A stretch of DNA of 64,000 nucleotides from Betaproteobacteria bacterium. GTDB lineage: Bacteria > Pseudomonadota > Gammaproteobacteria > Burkholderiales > Burkholderiaceae_E. Both the position numbers and the translations under genes were made by a program. Numbering within the stretch: the stretch's first letter is position 1; every line of letters begins with the position of its first letter. The notes under the pieces are model-generated. The model saw only the letters and a program-made list of their open reading frames with translations, searched no databases and was not told the DNA's origin. Of the stretch, positions 1-15,000 are shown one piece after another. The stretch spans positions 6,800 through 70,799 of the forward strand of contig JANLRI010000058.1 in NCBI GenBank assembly GCA_031361565.1, given 5' to 3'.

Positions 1-3000
1 GGCACTCCAATTACCTACACGCTGGCTGTGAAGAACACCGGCCCGCAAACCGCCACCAACGCTGCCGTAACCGATACCGTGCCGTTGCTAATTTTGAATC
101 CGTCGTGGACGTGTTCGGTTGCCGGGCAGTCTGGCGCGGCTTCGTGTGCGGCACCGAGTGGTGTGGGTAACCTGGCCAGCACAACAACGCTTGGTGTTGG
201 CGACATCGCCACCTTCACCGTTTCTGGCACTGTTGATCCTGGTGCGCCAGCGGGAACGAACACTCTCACCAACACAGCCACCGTTGCGCCCGCGGCTGGG
301 GTTACCGATACCAACACCGCCAACAACTCCGCATCAGATACCGACAGTATTGATCGCAAGGCCGATATTGTCGTTACCAAGACCGATGGCATCACCAACG
401 CCGTTCCTGGTACGACGGTCACTTACACCGTTGTGGTGGCCAATTCAGGTCCTTCTTCGTCGTCGGGAATTACCGTTGTGGATACGGTTCCGGCAGCATT
501 GACTGGCGTTACGTGGAGTTGCGCCGCAACCGCTTCATCTTCGTGTTCGGCTGCTAGCGGTACGGGAAATTCCATCAGTACTTCAGCCACAGTTGCTGCT
601 GGTGGTAGCGCCACGTACACGGTGATTGGCACGCTTAATCCGGCGACGCCGGCGGGGACCAATACGTTGATAAACACGGCCACGGCTACGTTGCCATCGG
701 GAGTTTTGGAAACCAACACGACCAACAATGCCGCCACGGATACCGACAACGTCACCCCGCAAGCCAATCTGGCCATAACAAAAACCGATGGCATAACCAA
801 TGCAATTCCGGGCACCGCCGTCACGTACACCATCGTGGTTTCCAATGCGGGTCCGTCGACGGCTACCAACGCCACCATTGCCGACACAGTTCCCGCTTCG
901 ATTACGGGCGTCAGTTGGACCTGTTCGCCAAGCGGTGCAGGAGCTACGTGCGGTGCGGCTTCTGGCACTGGAAATGCCATTTCGCAGCCGGCCACCATTA
1001 CTACTGGCACAACCGTTACCTACGTGGTTACGGGCACACTCAACCCCACAACGCCATCGGGCACCAACACGCTGGCTAATACAGCAACCGTAAGTGCACC
1101 TAGTGGTACAACGGATCCTGTTACCACCAACAACTCCACCACCGATACCGACAATGTGGTGGCTACGGCTGATCTCTCTATTACCAAAACCGACGGGATC
1201 ACCAACGCAGTACCGGGTTCGGTAGTTACGTACACCGTTACGGTGAGCAACTCTGGGCCTTCCACGGTTTCTAACGGCGCGGTAAACGACACCATTCCTG
1301 CTGCTCTTACCGGCGTAACGTGGACGTGCGCGACTGCTTCGGCTGGGGCAAGTTGCGCGGCGGCTTCAGGTTCGGGAAACAGCATCGCCACCACCGTTAC
1401 GTTGCCAGCATCGGCCATGGCAACGTTCACGATTACCGGTACGCTAAACCCCGGAACCCCTGCTGGCACTGGAACTTTGACCAATACCGCAGCGGCGGTG
1501 TTGCCATTGGGCGTAACCGATCCAACACCGGGCCCAACACAAGCAGCCGATACCGACAACGTCACCCCAACGGTTGATTTGTCCATTACCAAAACCGACA
1601 ACGCGCTTAGTGCTGTACCTGGCTCGGCCGTGACATACACGATTGTCGTCTCGAATGCAGGCCCGTCGACGGCTACTGGTGCGGCGGTGGCCGATACGGT
1701 TCCTGCTTCCATTACGGGCGTTACGTGGAGCTGTGTGGCTGCTGGTGCCGGGGCTTCGTGTGGGGCTGCGAGTGGCTCAGGAAACACTCTTTCCACCACC
1801 GCTACCTTGCCACCCACCACCACAGCTACCTACACCGTCACCGGCACGCTCAACCCCACTACGCCCGCCGGCGTTGGCACGTTAGTCAATACCGCAACCG
1901 TAACCGCTGCTTCAGGTGTGGTGGAATCAGGCCCGGGTGCCAATTCCGCAACCGACACCGATGACGTGACACCGCGAGCCGATCTTGTTGTAGCGAAAAC
2001 GGTAAGTAATGCCACACGCAATCCGGGCGATGCGTTGAGCTATACCGTTACCGTTACCAACACCGGCCCTTCGTTTGTGACCGGGGCTACCGTTACCGAC
2101 AATCTGCCTGCCGGGCTTGGTTCTGCCACGTGGACCTGTGCGATCACCGGAACTGGCACGTGTGCAGCTGCGAGCGGATCGGGCAACATTGCCACCACCG
2201 TCGCTTTGGCGCCCGCTGCGGTGGCCACGTTTGTGATCACCACATCGGTTGCGGTTTCCTATCCGGGCGGGCCGATCACCAACACCGCCAGTGCCGCGGT
2301 CCCAGCATCGGTGACCGATCCAACACCGGCCAACAACTCAGCCAGCGCGCTGGTGAATGTCGCAGCTACGGCCGATCTTTCCATCACCAAAACCGACGGT
2401 ACCGCCAGTGCCGTACCGGGAAACACCACTACCTACACCATCACCGTGAGCAACGCCGGGCCAGCAGCAGTTACCGGAGCTACGGTGGCCGATACGTTGC
2501 CCGCTACGCTTCTCGGAGCCACCTGGACCTGTTCTGCCAGTTCAGGCGCTAGCTGCGCCGCCGCTTCAGGAACTGGCAATATCAGCTCCACCGTGTCCCT
2601 GCCCGTCTCGGGAACAGCAACCTTTACCCTCACCGTGACCGTATCCCCGGGAGCTACAGGCACCGTCGCCAACACTGCCACCGTTACCGTTCCTTCGGGA
2701 GTGCTCGAAGTGGGAAGCGGCGCCAATTCCGCCACCGACACCGACACCTTGGCACCTGCCGCCAATCTTTCGGTGGTCAAAACCGATGCCATGACTACGG
2801 CCATTCCCGGAACGAATGTCACCTACACCATCACGGTACAAAATGCTGGCCCTTCGAATGCGCCGGGGATCGCCGTTGCTGACACGCTTCCTGCCGAGCT
2901 CACCGGTGCCACCTGGACATGCACGGCAACTGCGGGTTCAACGTGCGCTGCAGCCAGTGGTTCTGGAAACATCAATTCCTCAGTTTCCCTGCTGGCAACG

Positions 3001-6000
3001 GGTTCTGCAAGCTATTCACTTACCGCGACTGTTGTTTCGACAGCTGTAGGTACACTTACGAATACGGCAACGATTACTCCCCCAGCGGGCATTCCCGATT
3101 CCACCCCGGGCAACAACAGCTCTACCGATGTTGACACCCTGGTTCCTACCGGCGATCTTTCCATCACCAAAACCAACGGACTCACCGAAGTCATTCCCGG
3201 CACCGCAATTACTTACACCATTCTTGCCACCAATGCCGGGCCTTCAACCGTGGTGAGCGCCACCGTTGCAGACTCACTACCAGGTATTTTGCTTTCACCA
3301 TCCTGGAGTTGCACTGCCACGGCAGGCAGTAGCTGCAGCTCAGCCAGTGGAACTGGTTCAATAAGTACGCCTATTACGCTTGCACCGGGTGGAAGCGCCA
3401 CATTCACCGTAACGGGCACGGTAGATCAAGCCGCCATTGGTTCCATCGCCAACACGGCAACCATAAGTGCACCTAATGGTTTTACTGATTCTGCTACTAC
3501 GAACAACTCTGCTACCGATACCGATCCACTGGTACCGAAGGGCGACCTTTCCCTTACCAAGGTCGACGGCATCGCGAATGCCATTCCTGGCACCACCATC
3601 ACCTACACCATCAGTGTTTCTAATGCCGGACCGTCGAAGGTTTCCAATGCCATTGTGAGCGATTCGGTTCCCCCTGAACTCCAAGGGGTGGCGTGGTCGT
3701 GTTCAGCGGCAGCAGCTGGCGCAAATTGCGGCACGCTTTCAGGGTCGGGGAATGCGATTTCGCTTGGCGTTACGCTTCCGTCGGGCGCCACCGCCAGCAT
3801 TACCGTTACCGGCATCCTTGCCGCTGCCACTCCTGCAGGCTCGCTTGTCAACACGGCAACCGTAAGCGCACCTAGTGGTTTCATGGATACCAACACTGCC
3901 AACAATTCAGCAACCGATACCGACACCATTGTTCCCACTGGCAACATCAGCGTTACCAAAACCAACAGTGCAACCATCTTGGTTCCGGGAACCGCCACCA
4001 CCTACACCATCGTTGTTTCCAATAGCGGTCCCTCAACAGCCACCGGGATCAACGTTGTCGACACGCTTCCCGCCACGCTTACCGGCGCTACGTGGACGTG
4101 CGTTGGAGCATCGGGCGCAACGTGCCCGGCAAGTGGATCGGGTTCGATCAATACAACAGTTACTGTTCCCGCCTCCGGCACCGCAACCTTCACCGTCACG
4201 GCCACCGTTGCACCGGGCGCTACCGGCTCACTCACTAATACCGTCACTATAAGTACACCTGGCGGTTTTACCGATACCACGACCACGGATAACTCGGCTA
4301 CCGATACCGATACGCTCACCCCACAAGCCGATCTCAGCGTTACCAAAACCGATGGCATCACCAACGCTATTCCCGGCAACGCGCTTACCTACACCGTTAC
4401 TGTTTCCAACGCCGGACCTTCCACCGCCACGAGCGCTTCGCTCGCCGATACGGTTCCTGCAGCAATCACTGGCGTTACGTGGACGTGTGCGGCGGCTGGA
4501 GCAGGGGCATCATGCGGCGCAGCATCAGGTACCGGTAACGGCATCGCCACCACGCTCACCCTTGCGCCTGGCACCACCGTTACCTACAACATCACCGGCA
4601 CGCTCAGCGCCGCAACACCTGCAAGCACACTGAGCCTGGCCAATACGGCAACCGTAAGTGCACCTAGTGGTACCACGGATCCAGTTTCAGGCAACAACTC
4701 TGCTACCGATATCGACAACGTGACGCCTGTTGCCGACGTGGCCCTCACCAAGGTTTCGTCGGGTTCCAAGGTTGCTGGCCAAGCCATCACCTATACCCTC
4801 ACCGCCACCAACGCCGGACCTTCCCTAGCTAGCGCCGTCACCATCACCGACACCATCCCGGCCAGCATTCTCACCCCAACGTGGACCTGCACCACCGCGG
4901 GCGGCGCCACCTGTACCCCAGCTTCCGGTTCGGGAAACCTAAGCGCGCTTGCATCTATCCCTGTGGGTGGCACGGTTGTGGTTTCCATCACCGGAACAAT
5001 CGATCCCAACACAACCGGTTCGATTGTCAACAACGCCACTGCTTCACAGCCAGCGTCCACCACCGATCCGTCGTTGGCCAACAACACACCGAGTGTTACC
5101 GATCCCATCACCATCGTCACCGACCTCAGCGTCAGCAAAACTCGCAGCGGCGCGGCCGTTGCGGGTGCAACCGTTGGCTACACCGTGGTGGTTACCAACT
5201 CCGGACCATCAACTGCGGTTGGCGCAACGCTGAACGATCCCATCCCTACCAACATCGCCTCGTGGACGTGGACATGCGTGGCCTCATCGGGAAGCTCGTG
5301 CGGAACCGCATCAGGCACCGGTGCAATTGCCACCACCCAAACGTTGCTTGCGAGCGGCACCGCGACCTATGCCATCGTGGCCACCATCGCGCCGGCCACT
5401 ACCGGATCGATCGCCCAAGTTGCCACCGTTGCTGCTGCGGTGCCGGCCAATGACCCGGTCCTCACCAACAACTCGGCCACTAACAACGCAACCATCGCGG
5501 TAAACGTCGACCTTTCGATTACCAAGACCGATTCGGCCACAACGGCAACCGCAGGATCGCCCATCACATACTCAATCGTGGTGGGCAACGCTGGCCCGTC
5601 GAAAGCCGTCAATGCCGTGGTAGCCGATTCGCCTCCCGCCGTACTTACCGGTACGACGTGGACCTGTACAGCTACCGCAGGTGCCTCGTGTGGTGCCGCT
5701 AATGGCTCCGGTTCAATCAATGACACCGTGAGCATCAATCCGGGCGCAACGGTGACCTACAGCTTTTCAGCGACGCTCAGCCCGAGCGCGCCGTTGGGTG
5801 TTGGCGTGTTGATCAACCAGGCAACTGTTACCGTCGCATCAGGCACCACCGAACTCGCCGCGGCCAACAACTCAGCCACCGACACCGACGATGTCAACGG
5901 CCGCGCCGATCTCAAGATCACCAAGACCGACGGCAGCACGGCCTCAACCCCAGGTACCGCAATCACCTACACCGTGGTGGCCAGCAACCTCGGCCCTTCA

Positions 6001-9000
6001 GCTGTGACCAGCGCCGCGGTAACCGATACGTTCCCGGCCACGTTGATTGGTGGTTCGTGGACCTGTGCCGCAACCGCTGGTGCATCGTGTGCCGCGGCGA
6101 GTGGTTCGGGTTCGATCGTGTCCAACGTTTCGATGGTTCCGGGTGCCACCGTTACGTACACGATCACCGGCACGGTTTCCGCTTCGGCTACGGGCACCAT
6201 TGCCAACTCCGCATCGATAAGTCCACCTAGTGGTGTAGTTGATCCGGTTGCGGGAAACAACTCGGCCACCGATACCAACACGCTGTCGCCTTCGGCTGAC
6301 TTGGTCATCACAAAGACCAACGGTGTTAGTTCCTCAACTGCCGGTACCAGCACCACGTACACCATTGTTGCTTCTAACAACGGACCGTCGTCGGTTGTTG
6401 GTGCATCGGTGGTCGACACCTTGCCACCCGAGCTCACCGGTGCGACGTGGACGTGCGTTGCTTCCTCAGGTGCATCGTGTGCTGCCAGTGGCACTGGCTC
6501 GATCTCCGATACGGTGAATCTGCCTGCCGGAACAAATGTTACGTACACATTGATTACCACCATTGCCTCGGGCGCCACGGGTTCTGTGGCCAACACCGCA
6601 ACGATTGCTACGCCGTCAGGTGTGGTTGATGGTGTTCCCGGCAACAACTCAGCAACCGACACCGATTCACTCAGTAGTTCTGCCGATCTGCAAATCACCA
6701 AGACCAACGGCGTTAGCTCCCTCACCCCAGGCAATTCAGTTACCTACACCGTGGTTGCTACCAACGCCGGTCCTTCGGCCGTTGTTGGTGCCACGGTTAC
6801 CGATTCGCTGCCGGCGGTTTTGACCGGTGCAACATGGACCTGTGCAGTTGCTGGAGGAGCCACCTGTGCAGCTTCAGGAACCGGTTCGATTTCTACCCCG
6901 GTGGATCTCCCTGTTGGAGCCTCCGCTACGTTCACTCTCACCGGCACCATTAGCCCCGCCGCAACCGGAACGCTGGCCAACACCGCCTCGATCGCTACAC
7001 CTTCGGGCGTTACCGATCCCCTTGCTGCAAACAACTCAGCGACCGATAGCGATCCACTTGCTGCTGTAGCCGATGTCTCAATCACCAAGACCGATGGCGT
7101 TGCCGCACTTACCCCTGGTGGAACGGTTATCTACACCGTGGTTGCAGGTAACGCCGGGCCATCGAATGTGGTGGGTGCCACGGTTACCGATTCGCTGCCG
7201 GTGGTTTTGACGGGTGCAACGTGGACCTGTGCAGTTGCTGGAGGAGCCACCTGTGCAGCTTCGGGTAGTGGTTCGATTTCTGACACGGTGAACCTGCCCG
7301 TCGGCGGCACCGCTACTTACACGATTACCGCAACCGTGAGCCCCACCGCCACTGGCACGATCACCAACACCGCGAGCATTGCCGTTCCCGGCTCGGTCAC
7401 CGATCCAAGCGCTGCAAACAACACGGCGAGTGACACCGATACGCTCGCCCCTGCCGCGGATCTCGCGATCACCAAAACCGACAGTGCACTTACGGCTATC
7501 CCTGGCAACACCGTTACTTACACGATCGTGGCGTCAAACAACGGGCCGTCGGTGGTTACCGGGGCCCCAGTGACCGACACGCTTCCCGCAAGCCTTACTG
7601 GCGCTACCTGGACGTGTGTTGCTTCAGCTGGCGGAACCTGCACTGCGGCTTCGGGTAGCGGCTCAATCTCCACATCGGTAAACCTGCCCGTCGCTGGCAC
7701 CGCAACTTTTACCCTGAACGCAACCGTGGTTGCTTCAGCTACTGGCACATTGGTAAACACGGCAACCATAGGTGCATCTAGCGGTGTGGCCGATGGCTCG
7801 CCAGCCAACAACTCAGCAACCGATAGCGACACCCTTGCACCAACCGCTGATCTGCGGATCACCAAAACCGACAGTTCCACAACGGCCGTTCCTGGCTCAC
7901 CAATCACTTACACGATCGTTGCTTCCAATTTTGGCCCCTCCGCCGCAGTTGGTGTTGTAGTGGCCGATACGCTCCCCGCTTCGTTAACAGGTGCCACCTG
8001 GATCTGTACCGCTACTGCTGGCGCCACGTGTGCTGCATCAGGTTCGGGTTCCATTAGCGACACCATCAACTTGGCTGTTGGCTCCACCGCTACGTATACA
8101 CTCTCGGCCACCGTGCTTGCTTCGGCTACCGGTTCGTTGGCCAACACGGCCACGATCACCGCGCCTTCTGGCCTCACCGATCCAACCCCAGCCAACAACT
8201 CAGCAACCGATACCGACACGCTGGTACCAACCGCAGATCTGCAGATCACCAAAACCGACAGCGCACTTAGCGAAATCCCTGGGACCTCGATCACGTATGT
8301 CATTGTGGCCAAGAACATTGGACCTTCAGTGGCGACGGGCGCTGTAGTGTCCGATTCGCTCCCAGCTTCGTTGACGGGTGCCACCTGGACCTGTGCTGCT
8401 ACTGCTGGCGCCACGTGTGCTGCATCAGGTTCGGGTTCCATTAGCGACACAATCAACTTGGCGGTTGGTGCAACGGCTACATATACCTTGACCGGCACCA
8501 TCTCGTCGACCGCTACTGGCTCGTTGACGAACACAGCAACGATTACTGCGCCGGGCACCGTCACCGATCCAACTGCGGGCAACAACTCTGCGACCGACAC
8601 CGACCCGTTGGTAGTCACTGCTGATCTGTCCATCACCAAGACCGACGGATCACTAACCGAGATTCCCGGTACTGGCGTGGTTTACACGATCGTCGCCTCC
8701 AACACCGGACCATCGGCAGTAACTGGCGCTGTAGTGGCCGACACGATCCCTGCCGCCTTGACCGGAGCTAGCTGGACGTGCGTTGCCAGCGCCGGTGCCA
8801 CGTGTACTGCTAGCGGATCCGGCTCAATCAACGACACCATCAACCTGGGCGTCGGCGCCACTGCTACGTACACACTGAATGCCACCGTGCTCGCCTCAGC
8901 CACCGGCTCACTGGTAAACACCGCAACCATCACCGCACCAGGAACCGTCACCGACCCAACACCAGCCAACAACTCAGCCACCGACACCAATTCACTCAGC

Positions 9001-12000
9001 GCCCAAGCCGATCTTGCCATCACCAAAACCGACGGATCACCTTCCGAGGTTCCTGGCACCTCGGTTACGTACACCATCGTTGCTTCCAACAACGGACCAT
9101 CCGCGGTCACCGGTGCGGTCATTGCCGACACGCTACCCGCGACGCTCACTGCTGCTACTTGGACCTGTGCTGCCACCGCCGGAGCAACCTGTGCTGCATC
9201 AGGTTCTGGTTCAATCAACGACACCATCAATCTGGCCGTCGGCGCAACTGCTACGTACACACTGCAAGCCACCATTGTTGCTTCGGCCACCGGCTCACTG
9301 GCAAACACTGCAACCATCACCGCACCAGGAACCGTCACCGACCCAACACCAGCCAACAACTCAGCGACCGACACCGACACACTCGTAGTCACCGCCGACC
9401 TCGCCATCACCAAAACCGACTTTTCAGCGAATGCCACTCCCGGCACCGCCATCACTTACACGGTTGTCGCTTCCAACGCTGGACCGTCGGCTGTTGTCGG
9501 TGCCGTAGTAGCCGACACGCTTCCCGCTTCGCTGACCGGCGCCACGTGGACCTGTGTATCTACCGCCGGTGCAACCTGTACAGCTTCAGGTTCGGGCTCG
9601 ATCAACGACACCATCAACCTCGCAGTCGGCGCAACTGCTACGTACACCATCACCGCCACCATCTCGTCAACGGCAACCGGCTCGCTCACCAACACCGCAA
9701 CCATCACCGCTCCTTCGGGCCTCACCGATCCAACCACCGCCAACAACACTGCAACCGACACTGACACACTCAACCCAACCGCAGACCTGACCATCACCAA
9801 AACCGACAGCGCACTCTCGGCCATCCCGGGCACCTCGGTTACCTACACTGTCGTCGCCTCCAACGCTGGACCATCCGCTGCGGTTGGTGCCGTTGTGGCC
9901 GATGCAATTCCTGCCTCATTGACCTCCGCTACCTGGACCTGTGTCGCAACCGCCGGTGCAACATGTGCCGCTAGCGGAACTGGCAACATCAACGACACCA
10001 TCAACCTCGCCGTAGGAGCAACCGCCACCTACACAATCACCGCCACCATCTCGTCGACAGCAACTGGATCGCTCACCAACACTGCAACCATCACCGCACC
10101 TTCGGGCCTCACCGATCCAACTGCAGCCAACAACTCAGCAACTGATACCGATACGTTGGTCATCACCGCTGAGCTTGCCATCACCAAAACCGACGGCGCA
10201 CTATCGGCCATCCCAGGCACCAGCGTTACGTATACGATCGTCGCCTCCAACAACGGGCCATCGGCTGTTGTGGGTGCCGTTATCGCCGACACGGTTCCTG
10301 CATCCATGAGCGCCGTTAGCTGGACGTGTGTAGCCACGGCCGGAGCAACCTGTGCTGCATCGGGTTCTGGTTCCATCAACGACACCATCAACCTCGCCGT
10401 CGGCGCCACCGCCACCTACACATTGACCGGCACCATCTCCGCTGCTGCCACAGGCACGCTGGCCAACACCGCGACCATCGCTGCACCACCCAGCGTGACC
10501 GATCCAACTGCTGGCAACAACTCAGCAACCGACAGCGATGCCCTCGGTCCTCGTGCGGAATTGTCCATCACCAAGACCGACAGCGCGCTTAACGAAATTC
10601 CTGGCACCTCGGTGACGTATGTGATCGTGGCCCGCAATGCTGGACCATCAACCGCCAACGGTGTTGTAGTGGCCGATGCTCTCCCAGCCACACTGTCAAG
10701 TGCCACCTGGACCTGTGCTGCCTCCGCCGGTGCAACATGTGCCGCTTCAGGTTCAGGTTCCATCAACGACACCATCAATCTTGCATCGGGCGCCACCGCC
10801 ACCTACACCCTGACCGCAACGATTTCGTCGACCGCTACTAGCTCGCTCACCAACACCGCAACCATCACCTCACCGGCAGGCGTAACCGATACCAACACTC
10901 TCGATAACACCGTCACCGATACCGATACGTTGGTCGTCACCGCTGACCTGGCCATCACCAAAACCGACAGCGCAGTGAGCAAGATCCCCGGCACTTCGGT
11001 TACGTACACCGTCGTGGCCTCCAACAGTGGACCATCTGCGGTGACAGGTGCCGTTGTAGCCGATACCTTGCCCGCCTCATTGACTGCTGCCACCTGGACC
11101 TGTGTTGCTACCGCAGGCGCCACGTGTGCTCCATCGGGTTCTGGTTCCATCAACGACACCATCGACCTAGCCGTCGGCTCAACTGCTACGTACACATTGC
11201 AAGCCATCGTGGCTGCTTCGGCGACAGGTTCACTCTCTAACACCGCAACCATCACCGCACCAGCAACCGTCACCGATCCAACCGCAGGCAACAACTCAGC
11301 AACTGATACCGATACGTTGGTAATCACCGCTGACCTTGCCATCACCAAGACCGACAGCGCGCTTAGCGAAATCCCTGGCACCTCAGTTACCTACACCGTA
11401 GTTGCTTACAATAACGGACCATCCAATGTTGTGGGCACGGTCGTTGCTGATTCGCTTCCTGCAGCATTAACCGGCGCCACATGGACCTGCGTTGCCACCG
11501 CCGGGGCCACGTGTGTTGCTAGCGGAACTGGCTCGATCAACGACACCATCAACCTCGCCGTAGGAGCAACCGCCACCTACACCATCACCGCCACCATCTC
11601 TGCCTCCGCTACGGGCACGTTGACGAACACCGCAACCATCACCGCACCAGCCACCGTCACCGACCCAACCGCAGGCAACAACTCAGCAACCGATGCCGAT
11701 TCCTTAATCGTGACTGGCGATCTCGCTATCACCAAGACCGACAGCGCGCTTAGCGAAATTCCTGGTACCGCAGTTACCTACACCATCGTCGCATCCAACA
11801 ACGGCCCATCGGCTGTTGTTGGAGCCGTAGTGACCGATTCGATTCCGGCGGCTTTGACCGGCGCAACGTGGACCTGTGTTGCTACCGTCGGGGCCACTTG
11901 CTCGTCTTCAGGTTCGGGTTCGATCAACGACACAATCAACCTTGCCGTTGGCGCCACGGCCACATACACATTGCAAGCCACCATTGCTGCCTCGGCCACT

Positions 12001-15000
12001 GGATCACTAGCCAACACGGCAACGATCACTGCGCCGGCATCGGCGAACGATCCAACCGCAGGCAACAACTCGGCAACCGATACCGACACGCTTGGGGCAC
12101 AAGCCGATTTGCAGATCACCAAAACCGACAGCGCGCTTAGCGAAATCCCCGGCACCAGCGTGACCTACACGATCGTCGCATCCAACAACGGACCATCAGC
12201 AGTTACTGGCGCGGTCATAGCCGACACACTGCCCGTTTCGTTGACTGCAGCCACCTGGACCTGCGCGGCCACCGCGGGCGCGACCTGTTCTGCTAGCGGG
12301 ACCGGCAACATCAACGACACCATCAACCTCGCCGTAGGCGCAACCGCCACCTACACACTCACCGCCACCATCTCCGCTGCTGCCACAGGCACATTCACCA
12401 ACACCGCAACCATCACCGCGCCAGCATCGGTAACCGACACCACGCCAGCCAACAATGCAGCCACCGATACCGACACACTGAACCCTGTCGCTGATCTAGC
12501 CATCACCAAGACCGACAGCGCGCTTAGCGAAATTCCCGGCACTACGGTTACCTACTCGATCGTTGCATCCAACAATGGTCCATCCGCTGTCATAGGCGCA
12601 GCCATCAACGACACACCTCCTGCTGCGCTCACCGGGGCCACCTGGACCTGTGTGGCAACCGCCGGAGCAACCTGTGCTGCGAGCGGAACCGGCAACATCA
12701 ACGACACCATTAACCTCGCGGTCGGCGCAACCGCCACCTACACACTCACCGCAACCATCTCCGCATCCGCCACGGGCACGTTGACCAACGCCGCGACCAT
12801 CACTGCACCATCAGGAACCACCGACCCAACCCCTGGAAACAACTCCGCCACCGATACCGACACACTGAACCCAACCGCAGACCTACGCATTACCAAAACC
12901 GACAGCGCGCTTAGCGAGATCCCCGGCACCAGCGTGACCTACACGATCATCGCATCCAATAACGGACCATCAGCAGTTACTGGCGCGGCCATTGCCGATA
13001 CGCTGCCCGCTTCATTGACCAGCTCTACCTGGACCTGCGCTGCCACCGCCGGAGCCAACTGTGCCGCTAGCGGAACTGGCAACATCAACGACACCATCAA
13101 CCTCGCCGTAGGCGCAACCGCCACCTACACGATCACCGCAACCATTTCGTCGACAGCAACCGGGTCACTGGCCAATACGGCGAGCATTACCGCACCGGCC
13201 ACCCTCACAGACCCGATCGCCGGAAACAACTCCGCCACTGATACCGACACACTGAACCCAACCGCTGACCTCGCCATCACCAAGACCGACGGATCACTCG
13301 CCGAGGTTCCTGGTACCGGCATCGTTTACACCATCGTCGCTACGAACAACGGACCATCTGCTGTTGTGGGTGCCGTAGTTGCCGACACACTTCCTGCCTC
13401 ATTGACCGCCGCCACCTGGACGTGCGTTGCCACCGCTGGAGCAACCTGTACCGCTAGCGGAACTAGCAACATCAACGACACCATCAACCTCGGTGTAGGC
13501 GCAACCGCCACCTACACACTCACTGCCACCATCTCCTCGACAGCAACTGGATCGTTGACCAACACCGCAACTATCACCGCACCATCGGGAACTACCGACC
13601 CAACCAGTGCCAACAACACCGCCAACGACACCGACGGCCTCGGCGCACAAGCCGATCTGCAAATCACCAAAACCGACAGCGCGCTTAGCGAAACACCTGG
13701 CACCTCAGTTACTTACACAATCGTCGCATCCAACAACGGTCCATCCACTGTCGTAGGTGCCGTAGTTGCCGATACTCTGCCCGCCACGTTGACCGGCGCC
13801 GCCTGGACCTGCGTGGCCACCGCGGGCGCAACCTGTGCTGCTAGCGGAACCGGCAACATTAACGACACCATCAACCTCGCCGTAGGCGCAACCGCCACCT
13901 ACACACTCACCGCCACCGTCTCCTCAACCGCCACGGGCACGCTCGCCAACACAGCAACCATCACCGCGCCAGCATCGGTAACCGACACCACACCATCGAA
14001 CGACACAGCAACCGACACCGACACGTTAAATCCTGTCGCTGATCTGGGGATTACCAAAACCGACAGCGCGCTTAGTGGTATCCCAGGTACGACGATCACT
14101 TACACCGTGGTTGCTTCCAACAACGGTCCTTCTGCTGTAGTCGGGGCCATTGTGGCCGACACGCTTCCTGCTGCACTCACTGGCGCAACCTGGACCTGTG
14201 TGGCCACGGCCGGGGCAACGTGCGCGGCATCAGGTAGCGGCAACATTAACGACACCATCAACCTCGCACCGGGGGCAACTGCAACCTACACACTCACTGC
14301 CACCATCTCGTCGGCGGCTACTGGCTCGTTGAGCAACACCACAACTATCACTGCACCCGCCGGAACCACCGACCCAACCAGCGGCAACAACAGCGCAACC
14401 GATACCGACACGCTGAACCCCATCGCTGATTTGGCCATCTCCAAGACGGACAGTTCAGCAAACGCTGTTCCGGGCACCACGGTTACCTACACAATCGTCG
14501 CTTCCAACAACGGACCATCCGTAGTTGTAGGTGCACTTATAGCTGACAACCTTCCGGTCGCGCTGAGTGCTAGCACCTGGACCTGTGTGGCCACCGCCGG
14601 AGCAACGTGTGCCGCTAGCGGAACCGGGAACATCAACGACACCATCAACCTCGCCGTAGGAGCCACCGCCACCTACACACTCACCGCCACCATCTCCTCA
14701 ACCGCCACCGGCACACTCACCAACACCGCAACCATCACCGCACCGGCAGGCACCACCGACCCAACCCCCACAAACAACGCAGCCACCGATACCAACTCCT
14801 TGGTACCTACTGCGGATCTCCAAATAACCAAAACCGACAACACGCTCACGGCCGTTCCGGGTACTTCCACCACGTACATGATCGTGGCTACCAACAGTGG
14901 TCCGTCGACGGTTACTGGCAGCGTGGTTGCCGATAACGTCCCCGGTGCGCTCACCGGTGTTTCATGGACCTGTGTTGCCACAGCGGGAGCTACTTGCACG

